Source: an uncultured Gemmatimonadaceae bacterium | GTDB taxonomy: Bacteria > Gemmatimonadota > Gemmatimonadetes > Gemmatimonadales > Gemmatimonadaceae | NCBI GenBank assembly: GCA_963817955.1 | Contig: CAWFQK010000009.1 | Coordinates: 64,001 to 128,000 of the forward strand | DNA: 64,000 nt | Reading direction: 5' to 3' | Shown here: in pieces, positions 20,105-30,500 of the stretch | Layout: each line of letters starts with the position of its first letter | Numbering within the stretch: position 1 is the stretch's first letter | Program-made: the position numbers and the translations under genes | The notes under the pieces: model-generated | What the model was told of the DNA's origin: nothing | Database searches by the model: none | What the model saw: only the letters and a program-made list of their open reading frames with translations

Positions 20105-22071
20105 ACCTGCTCGCGCTCGGCTTGATGACAATCCTGCTGGCGGGGATTGCGGCCATTGCCGGCGCGAGGCTGGGCGTATTTAGAGGACTCGTCATTATCG
20201 GCTGCGTCGTGGGCATGGTGCCGGTCCTTCGCGTGCTGCGTGGCGCACCGGCGCTCGCCGTGAGCCTTGGCGCATCAGGTCCGGTTGGCGAGTGGGTGTT
20301 CGGGCTGGACGCGCTGTCGGCGTTGTTTCTCGTTGCCATCTTTGCGGTTGGTGCGGCGTGCGCGGTCTACGGAACCGTCTACCTCGCGCCAGTCCCACGC
20401 AATGGAGACAGTCATTCGCGGGGTGTCGTCGCGGCGCACGGCCTGATCGCGCTTCTCGTGGTCTCCCTGGCGCTCGTCGTCACCATCCGCTCGGCCATGG
20501 CGTTCCTCATGGCTTGGGAAGTAATGGCCGTCGTGTCGTATTTCCTCGTGGTCGTCGAATCCGACAAAGCCGCGGTCCGCCGGGCCGGCATGATCTATAT
20601 CGTTGCAACGCACACCGGGCTGCTCGCGCTTTTTGGTATGTTCGCATGGTGGGGGAAGTATGCCGCAGACCTGACCTTCACGTCTCTGGCCGCGGCGGCG
20701 CCGCGGCTTCCAGCCGGCGGCGCGGCGGTACTCGTGCTCGCGCTCATCGGCTTCGGGCTCAAGGCGGGCCTCGTACCGCTGCATTTCTGGCTTCCCGAGG
20801 CGCACGCCGCTTCCCCATCGCACGTGTCGGCGATCATGTCGGGTGTCGTGATCAAGATGGGCATCTACGGCCTGCTCCGCGTAATCGCGTTGATGGGCGT
20901 GGTGCCGGCGTGGTGGGCGTGGCTCCTCCTTGGCTTTGGAATGCTGTCGGGCGTGCTCGGCGTCGTGTGGGCCCTGGCGCAGCACGACATCAAGCGTCTG
21001 CTCGCCTTTCATAGTGTCGAGAACATCGGGATCATCCTGCTCGGCATGGGAATCGGGGCGCTGGGCCTCGCGTACGGCCATCCGGCGGTGGCGTTGTTGG
21101 GCTTCGCGGGCGCGACGCTGCACACACTCAATCACGCACTGTTCAAGAGCTTGCTCTTTCTGGGGGCCGGCTCGGTGATTCACGCAACGGGAACCCGCGA
21201 TATCGAACGGCTCGGCGGAGTCGCTCGGCGAATGCCGCAAACCGCGACCACGTTCCTCCTCGCGTCGGCGGCGATCGTGGGATTACCGCCGCTGAACGGA
21301 TTCGTCAGCGAGTGGATCGTATATCGTGCGATGTTGCGGATCGGACTCGTGGCCGACGTAAGTCGTCTGGCGGTTCTGTCGGCGCTTGCGCTCGCCCTCA
21401 TCGGCGGTCTGGCGCTCGCCTGCTTCGCGAAGGTGATTGGAACTATCTACCTTGGCACGCCGCGCGATATCTCAGTGGAGTCGAAGCACGAGTCCCCGCC
21501 AGGAATGACGCGTCCGCTCATTGGTCTCGCGGCGGGATGCGCCGTTATCGGCCTGCTGCCCGTGCTCGTGTTGCCGTCGATTCTGCGTGTCGCGGAGGTG
21601 ATGGCGGGCGCGATAGGAGCGGCTGACCCGGCGTCCGAAGCGCTTGTTCTGGCGTCGGGTACCGCGATGACGTGGCTGGCGTGTGGCTTGACGCTACTGG
21701 TGGCGTTGGTCTGGGCGGTGCGCGCCGCGTTTCCTCGCGATCGCGAGACCCTGGGGCCGACGTGGGGGTGCGGCTATCCCGGCGCGACGGCGCGCATGCA
21801 GTACTCGGCGTCGTCCTTCGCCGCGCCCGTACTGACGGTCTTCGTCGCAGTCGCCGGCGTACACGCGCATCGCACGCCGCGCTCCTTCGCGACGCACGCC
21901 GTCGACCCAATGCTAGACGATGCCGTTCGTCCGGTATGGCATCGGCTCAAAGCCGTCGCCGATGGCCTGCGGCCGATTCTTCAACGCGGCCGGCTCTCCT
22001 CCTATCTGCTTTACATCGTAGCAGCCTTGATGGCCGTGCTGCTCTATCTCCTGTTCGGCGGAGCTTCCTGA
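20101..22071 (+). CDS. hyfB: Ehr/hydrogenase-4 antiporter-like membrane subunit (HyfB family), copy 2
   Basis: AWEVMAVVS, KAGLVPLHFWLPEAH, LLAFHSVENIG, NHALFKSLLFLGAG, GLPPLNGFVSEW, TWGCGY. Confidence 0.9.
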   Translation: MNLLALGLMTILLAGIAAIAGARLGVFRGLVIIGCVVGMVPVLRVLRGAPALAVSLGASGPVGEWVFGLDALSALFLVAIFAVGAACAVYGTVYLAPVPRNGDSHSRGVVAAHGLIALLVVSLALVVTIRSAMAFLMAWEVMAVVSYFLVVVESDKAAVRRAGMIYIVATHTGLLALFGMFAWWGKYAADLTFTSLAAAAPRLPAGGAAVLVLALIGFGLKAGLVPLHFWLPEAHAASPSHVSAIMSGVVIKMGIYGLLRVIALMGVVPAWWAWLLLGFGMLSGVLGVVWALAQHDIKRLLAFHSVENIGIILLGMGIGALGLAYGHPAVALLGFAGATLHTLNHALFKSLLFLGAGSVIHATGTRDIERLGGVARRMPQTATTFLLASAAIVGLPPLNGFVSEWIVYRAMLRIGLVADVSRLAVLSALALALIGGLALACFAKVIGTIYLGTPRDISVESKHESPPGMTRPLIGLAAGCAVIGLLPVLVLPSILRVAEVMAGAIGAADPASEALVLASGTAMTWLACGLTLLVALVWAVRAAFPRDRETLGPTWGCGYPGATARMQYSASSFAAPVLTVFVAVAGVHAHRTPRSFATHAVDPMLDDAVRPVWHRLKAVADGLRPILQRGRLSSYLLYIVAALMAVLLYLLFGGAS

Positions 22072-22982
22072 TGACGATAGGCGCGCTGGCCGCGCTCGCG
22101 GTGCTATTGGTGTTCGCTCCGGCCATGCCGGGTATCGCGACGCGGACCAAGTCGTTGCTCACCGGGCGCCGAGGCGCGCCGGTGATGCAGCTCTACTACG
22201 ATTTGTGGAAATTGGTGCGCAAGGGAACTGTCTACAGCACCACGATCACCTGGGTGTTCCGCGCCGGGCCGCTGATCGTGCTCGCGTCGTTGTTCGTCGC
22301 GATCCTGTTTCTGCCGCTCGACGGCCAGAGCGCACTCGCGCACTTTGCCGGAGACCTGGTGGCGTTTGCCGCGCTGCTCGCACTCGGCCGCTTCGCGTTG
22401 GTGCTCGCCGGACTCGACACCGGTTCGAGCTTCGAGGGGATGGGCGCGAGCCGAGAGGTGATGGTCGCGACGTTCGCCGAGCCGACGCTGTTTCTTTGCT
22501 TTCTGGCGCTGGTGCTGGCCACGGGCGATCTGTCGCTGAGCGGCATGTTCGGCGCTCCGCTCGCGGCGGCCTGGCCGCATGCGGCGGCGTCGCTCACGCT
22601 CGTGGGCTTGAGTCTCTTCGTGCTCCTCCTCGCCGAGAACTCGCGTGTGCCGGTGGATGACCCGGCAACGCACCTCGAGTTGACGATGATCCACGAAGTG
22701 ATCGTGCTCGATCATAGCGGGCCGGATCTCGCCGTCGTGCTGTATGGAAGCGCGCTCAAGATGTCGGTGTTCTCGGCCTTGATCGTATGCCTGTTCGTGC
22801 CGCGCGCCGGCGTGACGCCTGCTGTCGCGATCGCCGTGCTCGTCGTGGGGCTCGCTGCGGTGGCCGCGATTGTGGGCGTTGTGGAATCGGTGATGGCGCG
22901 AGTACGGATGACGCGTATCCCGCAACTGCTCGTCGCCGCGGCGGCGCTCGCGGCGTTCGGGATCATTCTTCTGCTGCGCTGA
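22071..22982 (+). CDS. hycD: HycD/HyfC (NuoH-like) membrane subunit
   Basis: GRRGAPVMQLYYDLWKL, LDTGSSFEGMGASRE, ENSRVPVDDPATHLELTMIHEV. TGA/ATG overlap. Confidence 0.9.
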   Translation: MTIGALAALAVLLVFAPAMPGIATRTKSLLTGRRGAPVMQLYYDLWKLVRKGTVYSTTITWVFRAGPLIVLASLFVAILFLPLDGQSALAHFAGDLVAFAALLALGRFALVLAGLDTGSSFEGMGASREVMVATFAEPTLFLCFLALVLATGDLSLSGMFGAPLAAAWPHAAASLTLVGLSLFVLLLAENSRVPVDDPATHLELTMIHEVIVLDHSGPDLAVVLYGSALKMSVFSALIVCLFVPRAGVTPAVAIAVLVVGLAAVAAIVGVVESVMARVRMTRIPQLLVAAAALAAFGIILLLR

Positions 22983-23686
22983 TGATGATGATGACTCCGT
23001 TCACCTTTCCGGTGGCAGTGGGTGACGCCGCACGGGCGCTTCCCATATCCCAGACCGCGCCCGAGTTGGTGCTGCTGCTGGTCGTGCTGACTGACTTTGC
23101 CGTGCTCGGTAGCACGCGCCTCAGCACCTGTATTCGCGCCCTTGCGGTTCAGGGGTTTCTCCTCGGGATGCTGCCGTTGTTGCTCGCGCCGAGTTTGTCG
23201 GTGCACGTCTCGGTGCTGGCGGTGGGGACTGTGGCGGTGAAGGGCGTCGCGTTGCCCTGGTTCCTGCGATGGGCCATTCGCGAGGCGTCGGTGCGGCGTG
23301 AAGTGGAGCCCATGGTGGGCTTCATCGCATCGCTGCTGCTGGGCGCGGCAGCGGTTGGACTTGCATTCGCCATTGCCGCGCGGCTGCCGCTGCCCGCTTT
23401 GAGCACCGAGCTCCTCGTGCCGGTGTCGCTCGCCACCGTGATGATTGGCTTCGTCGTACTCACCACGCGCCGCAAGGCGGTGACCCAGGTGGTCGGCTAC
23501 CTGATGCTCGAGAACGGCATCTACCTCTTTGGGCTGACGCAAACGGAGAGCGTGCCCTTTCTCCTCGAAGCCGGCGTGCTGCTCGACATCTTCGTTGGCG
23601 TGTTCATCATGGGCATCGTCGTCTTTCACATCAATCGTGAATTTGACTCAATCGACTCAACGCGTCTCACGGAGCTGAGCGACTGA
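22982..23686 (+). CDS. hyfE: HyfE-like membrane subunit
   Basis: Hydrophobic; RRKAVTQVVGYLMLENGI, EAGVLLDIFV, INREFDSID. Confidence 0.85.
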   Translation: MMMMTPFTFPVAVGDAARALPISQTAPELVLLLVVLTDFAVLGSTRLSTCIRALAVQGFLLGMLPLLLAPSLSVHVSVLAVGTVAVKGVALPWFLRWAIREASVRREVEPMVGFIASLLLGAAAVGLAFAIAARLPLPALSTELLVPVSLATVMIGFVVLTTRRKAVTQVVGYLMLENGIYLFGLTQTESVPFLLEAGVLLDIFVGVFIMGIVVFHINREFDSIDSTRLTELSD

Positions 23687-25131
23687 TGCGGCTTCTGCTC
23701 CTCTGCGTGCTGCCGCTCCTCGGAGCGATCGCGGCGGGTGTCCTTCCCGGCGGTCGTGCACGGGTGGCGATTGCACGGCTGGCTGTTCTTGTCGGCGTGG
23801 CGCTCGTTCACACCGCCATCGTTGCGTCGATCTGGATTGCGCCGCCGCCGCCAATGCTCGGTGGCTGGCTCGCCGCCGATGCGCTCGGCCTCATCGTGCT
23901 CACGCTCACGAGTGTGCTGTTCGTGCTCACGGCGCTCTACTCCATCGGATATCTACAGCGCGAAACCCCCCGTGGCGGTCGGTTCTTCGTCAGTGCGATG
24001 CTCGTGTTCCTTGGCGCGACGACGGTGGTGTCCGTCAGTCAGCATCTCGCGATGTTGTGGGTTGGCATGGAGGCAACGACGCTCGCTGTGGCGCCGCTGA
24101 TCTATCATCGCCACGACCGCCGTTCGCTCGAAGCGGTGTGGAAGTACCTCCTGATCTCGTCGGTCGGCATTGCGCTCGCCCTGCTCGGCACGTTCTTCCT
24201 CGCCAGCTCGCAGGGCGAAGGCGCGGGCCGGCCGCTGGTGCTCACTGATCTTCTCGCCCATGCGCGGATGCTTCATCCCGCGTGGTTGCGCGCCGCATTC
24301 CTGTTCCTCCTCGTCGGCTTCGGAACGAAGATGGGGCTCGCACCCATGCATACGTGGAAGCCGGATACATACGGCGAAGCGCCGAGTCACGTCAGCGGCT
24401 TGATGGCCGGCGCGCTGACGAGCTGCGCGTTCCTCGGTGTCGCGCGCATCACGGAAGTCGTGATGGCGGCGGGTCTGGGCGCATTCGCGCGGCCGGTGCT
24501 GATCGGCTTCGGCCTGTTGTCGCTCGTCGTCGCGGCGGCGTTTGTGATCGGGCAGAACGACGTCAAACGGCTGCTGGCGTACTCGAGCGTCGAGCATATG
24601 GGATTGTTGGTACTCGGGCTGGGACTTGGGGGCGTCGGTGCGTACGGCAGCGTGCTGCACATTCTCAACAATGGACTCACCAAAGGTTGGATGTTTCTCG
24701 TCGTCGGAAACGTCGTGCTGGCGAGTGGCAGCTCCGTCGCCGCGGCGAATCGCGGTCTGCTGCGCCGGCTACCTGTGTCCGGCACGCTGCTCGTGCTGGG
24801 GTTGTTCGCCGTCACGGGCTCACCGCCATTTGGAACCTTTCTCAGTGAATTCACGATCCTGCGCGCTGCCGTGAACGGCGATCACGTCTGGATCGCGGTG
24901 ATCACGCTGCTGCTGCTGGCGGTGATCTTCGTCGGCATGGGGGCGCTCGTGCTCGATATGGCGCTCGGGTCGCCGGAACCCGATACCGAACCGATGCGCG
25001 AGAGCGGCTGGTTGATTCTCGGACCGATCGTCCTCGCGGCCGCGGTGCTCGTGCTCGGTGTCTACATTCCCGGACCGCTACACGAAACGCTAGCACGAGC
25101 CGCCGTCGCGCTCGGAGGGACGGCACCGTGA
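23686..25131 (+). CDS. hyfF: HyfF-like antiporter-type membrane subunit
   Basis: WVGMEATTL, SLEAVWKYLLISSVG, GFGTKMGLAPMHTWKPD, KRLLAYSSVEHMG, GSPPFGTFLSE. Confidence 0.9.
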   Translation: MRLLLLCVLPLLGAIAAGVLPGGRARVAIARLAVLVGVALVHTAIVASIWIAPPPPMLGGWLAADALGLIVLTLTSVLFVLTALYSIGYLQRETPRGGRFFVSAMLVFLGATTVVSVSQHLAMLWVGMEATTLAVAPLIYHRHDRRSLEAVWKYLLISSVGIALALLGTFFLASSQGEGAGRPLVLTDLLAHARMLHPAWLRAAFLFLLVGFGTKMGLAPMHTWKPDTYGEAPSHVSGLMAGALTSCAFLGVARITEVVMAAGLGAFARPVLIGFGLLSLVVAAAFVIGQNDVKRLLAYSSVEHMGLLVLGLGLGGVGAYGSVLHILNNGLTKGWMFLVVGNVVLASGSSVAAANRGLLRRLPVSGTLLVLGLFAVTGSPPFGTFLSEFTILRAAVNGDHVWIAVITLLLLAVIFVGMGALVLDMALGSPEPDTEPMRESGWLILGPIVLAAAVLVLGVYIPGPLHETLARAAVALGGTAP

Positions 25132-26666
25132 CCGCACTGTCCAATACGGCCGCGACGAGCGGTTTCGACGCCCTCGGCCTCCGGAACCGCCGCGCGGTGC
25201 CGCTCAGTGCCGTTCCCGTAGAATCCCCGGAGCGATTCCGCGAGACAGTCATCGCCGCCACCGTTGCTGGCTGGCGTATCGCGGCGCTGTTCGGTGTTCC
25301 TGAAGATGGAGATCTCACGCGAATCCTCGTGATTCTCGCCGACGACGCGCACGGAGAGCTGGGGGCGACCAGCACCCTCGTCGGAGATCGCTATCCGGCC
25401 CTCACGCCGGACTGTCCCGAGGCGCATGCGTTCGAGCGGGAAATTGCTGAGCAGTGCGCGGTGATCCCCGAGGGACATCCCTGGCTCAAGCCGCTGCGTC
25501 GGCATCTGCCCGATCATCGCGTGGCGAACCGCACGAACGTGGTGCTCAACCCGGCGTCGTATCCATTCTTTCGTGTCGAGGGCGAGGAGGTGCACGAAGT
25601 TGCCGTCGGCCCGGTGCATGCGGGCATCATCGAGCCCGGACATTTCCGTTTTCAGGCGCATGGCGAGGAAATTCTATTCCTCGAGATCATGCTCGGGTAC
25701 CAGCATCGTGGTGTCGAGCGTCTGCTCGAAACGGTTGACGCCGCGCGGGCGGTGCTCGTCGCAGAATCGATCGCCGGGGATAGCGTCATCGCGCACGTCG
25801 GCGCGTACTGCGGGGCGATCGAGGCACTGTCGCGCACGCGCAAGACACCGTACGCGCAGACCATCCGCGGAATGGCGCTGGAACTTGAACGAATGGCGAA
25901 TCACATCGGCGATCTTGGCGCGATCAGCGGCGATGTGGCGTTCCAGCCGGCGGCGGCCTTCTTCGGCCGCATGCGCGGAGAATGTCTCAATCTGCTGATG
26001 ACACTATCCGGCAATCGGTACGGTCGCGGCCTCGTGCGGCCAGGCGGCGTCGCGTTCGATCTCCCACCCGCAATGGTGGCCGACATGCACGGACGGCTCG
26101 AGCGGCTGCGCGACGAGCTGGATCCGATCGCGGCCTTGCTGTTCGGCAGCGCGTCCGTGCAGGCGCGACTCGAGGGAGTGGGGGTGGTGACGCGGCAGCA
26201 GGTCCTGGAGCTTGGGCTTGTCGGTCCGGTTGCGCGGGCATGCGAAGTATCGCGCGACGTTCGGCAGGATCATCCGTACGGCATTTTCCGCTTTGCGCAC
26301 GTCCCGATTGCTACGGCGTGGGCGGGCGACGTCCATGCGCGAGCGCTCGTGCGCTGGCATGAGGTGCGACGCTCCCTGGCATTCGTCCTCGACCAGCTCG
26401 CGGCCCTGCCGAAGGGTGCGTTGCGCGTCGGCATCGGCGCCCTGCGGCCGAACGAGATGGTGGTGGCGATGCAGGAAGGCTGGCGTGGCGAAATCGTGCA
26501 CGTCGTAATCACCGACGATCGCGGCGGTATTCGCCGCCACAAAGTCGTCGACGCATCGTTCCACAACTGGTCAGCCGTGGCACAGGCGCTCCCCGGCAAT
26601 CAGATCTCTGATTTCCCGCTCTGCAACAAGAGCTTCAACCTGTCGTATGCTGGCCATGATCTCTGA
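25128..26666 (+). CDS. Ehr large subunit (HycE/NuoCD-like) lacking NiFe-binding CxxC motifs
   Basis: AFEREIAE, EVAVGPVHAGIIEPGHFRF, GYQHRG; ESIAGD at the L1 RxCGxC position; C-terminus DFPLCNKSFNLSYAGHDL instead of DPCxxC. Confidence 0.9.
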   Translation: MTALSNTAATSGFDALGLRNRRAVPLSAVPVESPERFRETVIAATVAGWRIAALFGVPEDGDLTRILVILADDAHGELGATSTLVGDRYPALTPDCPEAHAFEREIAEQCAVIPEGHPWLKPLRRHLPDHRVANRTNVVLNPASYPFFRVEGEEVHEVAVGPVHAGIIEPGHFRFQAHGEEILFLEIMLGYQHRGVERLLETVDAARAVLVAESIAGDSVIAHVGAYCGAIEALSRTRKTPYAQTIRGMALELERMANHIGDLGAISGDVAFQPAAAFFGRMRGECLNLLMTLSGNRYGRGLVRPGGVAFDLPPAMVADMHGRLERLRDELDPIAALLFGSASVQARLEGVGVVTRQQVLELGLVGPVARACEVSRDVRQDHPYGIFRFAHVPIATAWAGDVHARALVRWHEVRRSLAFVLDQLAALPKGALRVGIGALRPNEMVVAMQEGWRGEIVHVVITDDRGGIRRHKVVDASFHNWSAVAQALPGNQISDFPLCNKSFNLSYAGHDL

Positions 26667-26701
26667 TCGTCTCCTTCCTCCGCCTCGCGCGGGCCATCTC
26701 C

Positions 26702-27511
26702 ATGTTTGAGCTATTGCGTGCGCGCCTGCAGCAGGGCACACGCACGTCTTCATATCCCGATGGTGGCGACGCGCTACCGGCCCGATTTCGTGGATTGCCT
26801 GTCGTCGATCCAACGCCCTGCACCGGATCGAATGAAGTCCCGTCATCGCTCGTGACGTCGGCGCCCGACGGGCGCGCGGTGCTCGACGTCGGCGCCTGTT
26901 TGTTCAGCCCCGAAGAGGCTGCCTGCACGACGGCCGGCAGGGTCGTATTCACGCGCGACTATCGCATGGCAACGTCCACGCGCGACGGCCTCGTTTCGGC
27001 CAGCGGGGAAGTGGAGCTCGCGCACGCGCTCGACGCCCGTATGAAATCCATGTTTGGCCGCGCGCTCCGACTGCGGTCGGTCGTGGCGGGGAGTTGTGGT
27101 GGATGCGAAGCCGAGTTGCAGGCGCTCAGCAACGTCGTGTTCGATCTCGCTCGGTTCGGCATCCAGTTCGTGGCTTCGCCGCGCCACGCCGATGGGATCG
27201 TCGTGACCGGCGCGCTGAGTCGCAACATGCGGGTTGCCCTCGAAAAGACGTTCGAGGCCATGCCGGCGCCGAGTCTCGTGATCGCGGTGGGAGCATGCGC
27301 CATCTCCGGCGGTCCGTTTCGCGGTAGCGACGCCGTGGCGAACGGGATGCCGTTGGACTGGCCGGTCGATCTCTACGTTCCCGGATGTCCGCCGCATCCA
27401 CTGACCATGCTGGACGGACTGCTGCGACTGCTCGATCGGTTGCCGCCGGAGCGCGTGGCGCCGGCGCGCGAGCGCTCGGAATCGGGGATCGCAGCTCAGA
27501 GCCCGGGCTGA
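26702..27511 (+). CDS. Ehr small subunit (HycG/NuoB-like) with N-terminal degenerate ferredoxin-like domain
   Basis: GSCGGCEAE, FVASPRHADG, GACAISGG, VPGCPPHP; N-terminal RFRGLP..LDVGACLF. Confidence 0.88.
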   Translation: MFELLRARLQQGTRTSSYPDGGDALPARFRGLPVVDPTPCTGSNEVPSSLVTSAPDGRAVLDVGACLFSPEEAACTTAGRVVFTRDYRMATSTRDGLVSASGEVELAHALDARMKSMFGRALRLRSVVAGSCGGCEAELQALSNVVFDLARFGIQFVASPRHADGIVVTGALSRNMRVALEKTFEAMPAPSLVIAVGACAISGGPFRGSDAVANGMPLDWPVDLYVPGCPPHPLTMLDGLLRLLDRLPPERVAPARERSESGIAAQSPG

Positions 27512-30500
27512 GCCACGACTCCCGCGCCGAGTGTGACGATGACGGTGTGCGCCGCGCCGTCATCCAACAACACGATTGTGCGGTCTGCTGCCACAGCCCC
27601 GTCAACGGTAACGCCGCTGACCCCTCGGCAGACACCGTCCGGGTTGCGCACCTCGATCGCATACGTGCTGGCGCCGTAGGTATACCCGATCGTGAACTGC
27701 TGCCACGCGGCGGGAATGCACGGATCGATCTCGAGGCGATCGCCGCGCTTCGCGAAGCCAAGCATGCCTTCCAGCGCGACGCGGTAGCTCCAACTCGCCG
27801 AGCCGGTGTACCACGTCCAACCACCGCGGCCCTCCTGGCCGGCCGCCGAATATACGTCTGCCGCGACTACGTAGGGTTCGACCTTGTACCGTTCCGCGTC
27901 GGCAGGCGTGCGGGTGTGCGACAGTGGGTTGAGCATGCTCATGAGCTCACCGGCCAAATTCCCATCGCCCAGTTGTGCCATCGCCAGCACCGTCCAGAGG
28001 GCTGCGTGGGTGTACTGCGCGCCGTTTTCCCGTACGCCGGGTACGTACCCTTTGATGTACCCCGGATCACGCTCTGACCGGTTGAACGGCGGCGTCAGTA
28101 ACAGAATGATGCGCTCATCGTTACGAACCAGTCGCTGGTTGACAGCCTGCATGGCGGCACGTGCACGGACCGGATCGGCCGCGCCGGACAACACGGCCCA
28201 ACTCTGGGCAATCGCGTCGATCTGGCATTCGGGATCGGCGGATGTGCCAAGCGGCGCGCCGTCGTCGAAATAGGCGCGCCGATACCAGCCACCATCCCAG
28301 CTCGTGCGTTCCACCGCGGCCACATATGAGTTGGACTGAGCCAGGAAGCGCGCCGCGGTGTCGGCGTCGCCGCGCGCTGTAGCGTGGGCGGCAAATCGGC
28401 GGAGCGTTGTCGCGAGGAACCACGCGAGCCAGACGCTTTCCCCCTTGCCGTGCACACCGACGCGATTCAGACCGTCGTTCCAATCCCCCGACCCGATGAG
28501 CGGTAATCCATGCTCGCCGGATGTGCACGCATGATCGAGCGCCCGAACGCAATGCTCGTAGATGGTGCCGGTCTCGCCACTGTCTGTCGGCTTGTCGTAC
28601 ACCTCTTGCTCGCCGGGGGCAAGCAGTCGCATGGCGAGGTACGGCGCGCGCGCGTCCCAGAACGCGGCATCGCCGGTGATCTGCACGTAGTGATCTGCGA
28701 CGAACGGCAGCCAGGCGAGATCGTCGGAGAAACGCGTGCGGATGCCGCGACCAGACGGCTCGTGCCACCAATGTTGCACATCGCCCTCGAGGAACTGCCG
28801 CCCCGCGGCACGAATCAGATGGGCGCGCGCAAGTTCCGCGTCGGCGTAGACGAATGCCATGCAATCCTGCAACTGGTCGCGAAACCCGTACGCGCCGCTC
28901 GACTGATACAACGCCGAGCGCGCCCACATCCGGCATGAGAGCGCCTGGTACAGGGACCAGCGGTTGAACAGTGCATTGAACTCGGTATCCGGCGTCTGCA
29001 CGCGAATGACCGACAGGCGCTTGTCCCACGCCGCCGTTGCCTCCTGCATGGACCCCTCGGCCGCAGCCGGCGCTCCATGACGTCCGATCAATGCACGTGC
29101 GTCGTCGTCGCTCTGTGCGGCACCGAGCAGGACGACGACCATGCGCGTCTCGCCCGGCTCGAGTGTGATGTTGCATCGCAGCGCCGCGCACGGGTCGTGC
29201 CCGACGCCCGTGGCACCGGACAGTCGATCCTGGCGCATGCCGAGGGGCGTCGTCAGATCGCCATTGCGGCCGATGAAGTGATCGCGGCGCGCCGTGTAGC
29301 TCGTGGGCGTTTCACTGATCCATGAAAACGCCACGCGCGTCGTGAAATCGGGTGCGTAGAAGTTCTGGGCGAGGATTGCGCCCGACGCCGCATCGTGTCG
29401 CGTGTGAAGCTGATGTCGTGTGTGCTCACGTTCGGCGCCGAGCGTCAACTCGACATAACTGGTCAGCGAGAATCGCCGTGGCGTGCTGCCACCATTCGTG
29501 ATGCGCAGACGCGCGATCTTGACGGGATCGGCAAGCGGCACCGCGAGCGTCAGCTCGGTCTCGATATCGCCGCGCTCGTGGACGAACCGCGTCATTCCCG
29601 GAGCGTGTGTGACGGTGTACTCCGGCGCATTCGCTCCCATGGCGCAAGCCGGGCCGGGCGTGGGCGTCCAGACGACTCCACTGGCGAGGTCGCGCAGATA
29701 GAGTACTTCACCGCATGGGTCGGACACCGGGTCGTTGAACCAGGGCGTCAATCGGAAGAAATAGCTGTTTTCTGCCCACGTGAAACCGCCGCCACGTTCG
29801 GTGACGCAAAATCCAAACGACGGATTCGCGATGACGTTCGCCCAAGGCGCCGGTGGCACGCGGCCGCCCGCCACGCTCATCGCGAAATCGTCGGCCTCGG
29901 TCAGCGCGCCGTATCCGTTCGCGTACGTGGCCGGGACGCGCGCCGGCCGATGGGTGGCGAGCACCGTCTGCAGGACCGGCTCCATGGCAGCTACGCGCGG
30001 CTCGGGACGCGCGTGTGACGCAGCGTGGCTGAGAACGTTCGCGGCCACGATTGCACCGAGACCCACGCCGTCACACGACAAATGGATGCGCGCAGTCGTT
30101 CGCAGCAGTGCAGTGTCTTCTGGTGACAGGACGTCCGCTCGCCGAATGAACACGCCGCCAGGCTGCTCGAGCACACCGCCCTCGCTCGACGCCATCGCCA
30201 TGGTGACGAGTTGATCGTGCAATTCCTGGGCGTACGAATGCGGCTTCGCGTTCAGAATGACGAGGTCGGAACGAACGCCCTTCATGCGCCAGTAGTTGTG
30301 GGCCACCAGTAGTTGCCTGACGCTTGACAGGCCGGCCTCCGCTCTGACGGTTGCGAGGACGATCGGCCAATCGCCGGAAATCCCCTGCGCCCACAGTGCC
30401 GTCTGGCCGCGGGTGACGGCGGCCCGCTCGCTTTCCGGCGCGCGCAGCGCTTCGTGTGGGTAGATGAGGGCTCCGGCCAACTCGTGATACAAGGCGACAT

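Noticed and set aside
25128..27511. Functional [NiFe] hydrogenase or formate hydrogenlyase
   Set aside because: Both Ni-binding CxxC motifs are absent and there are no hyp or fdh genes nearby.
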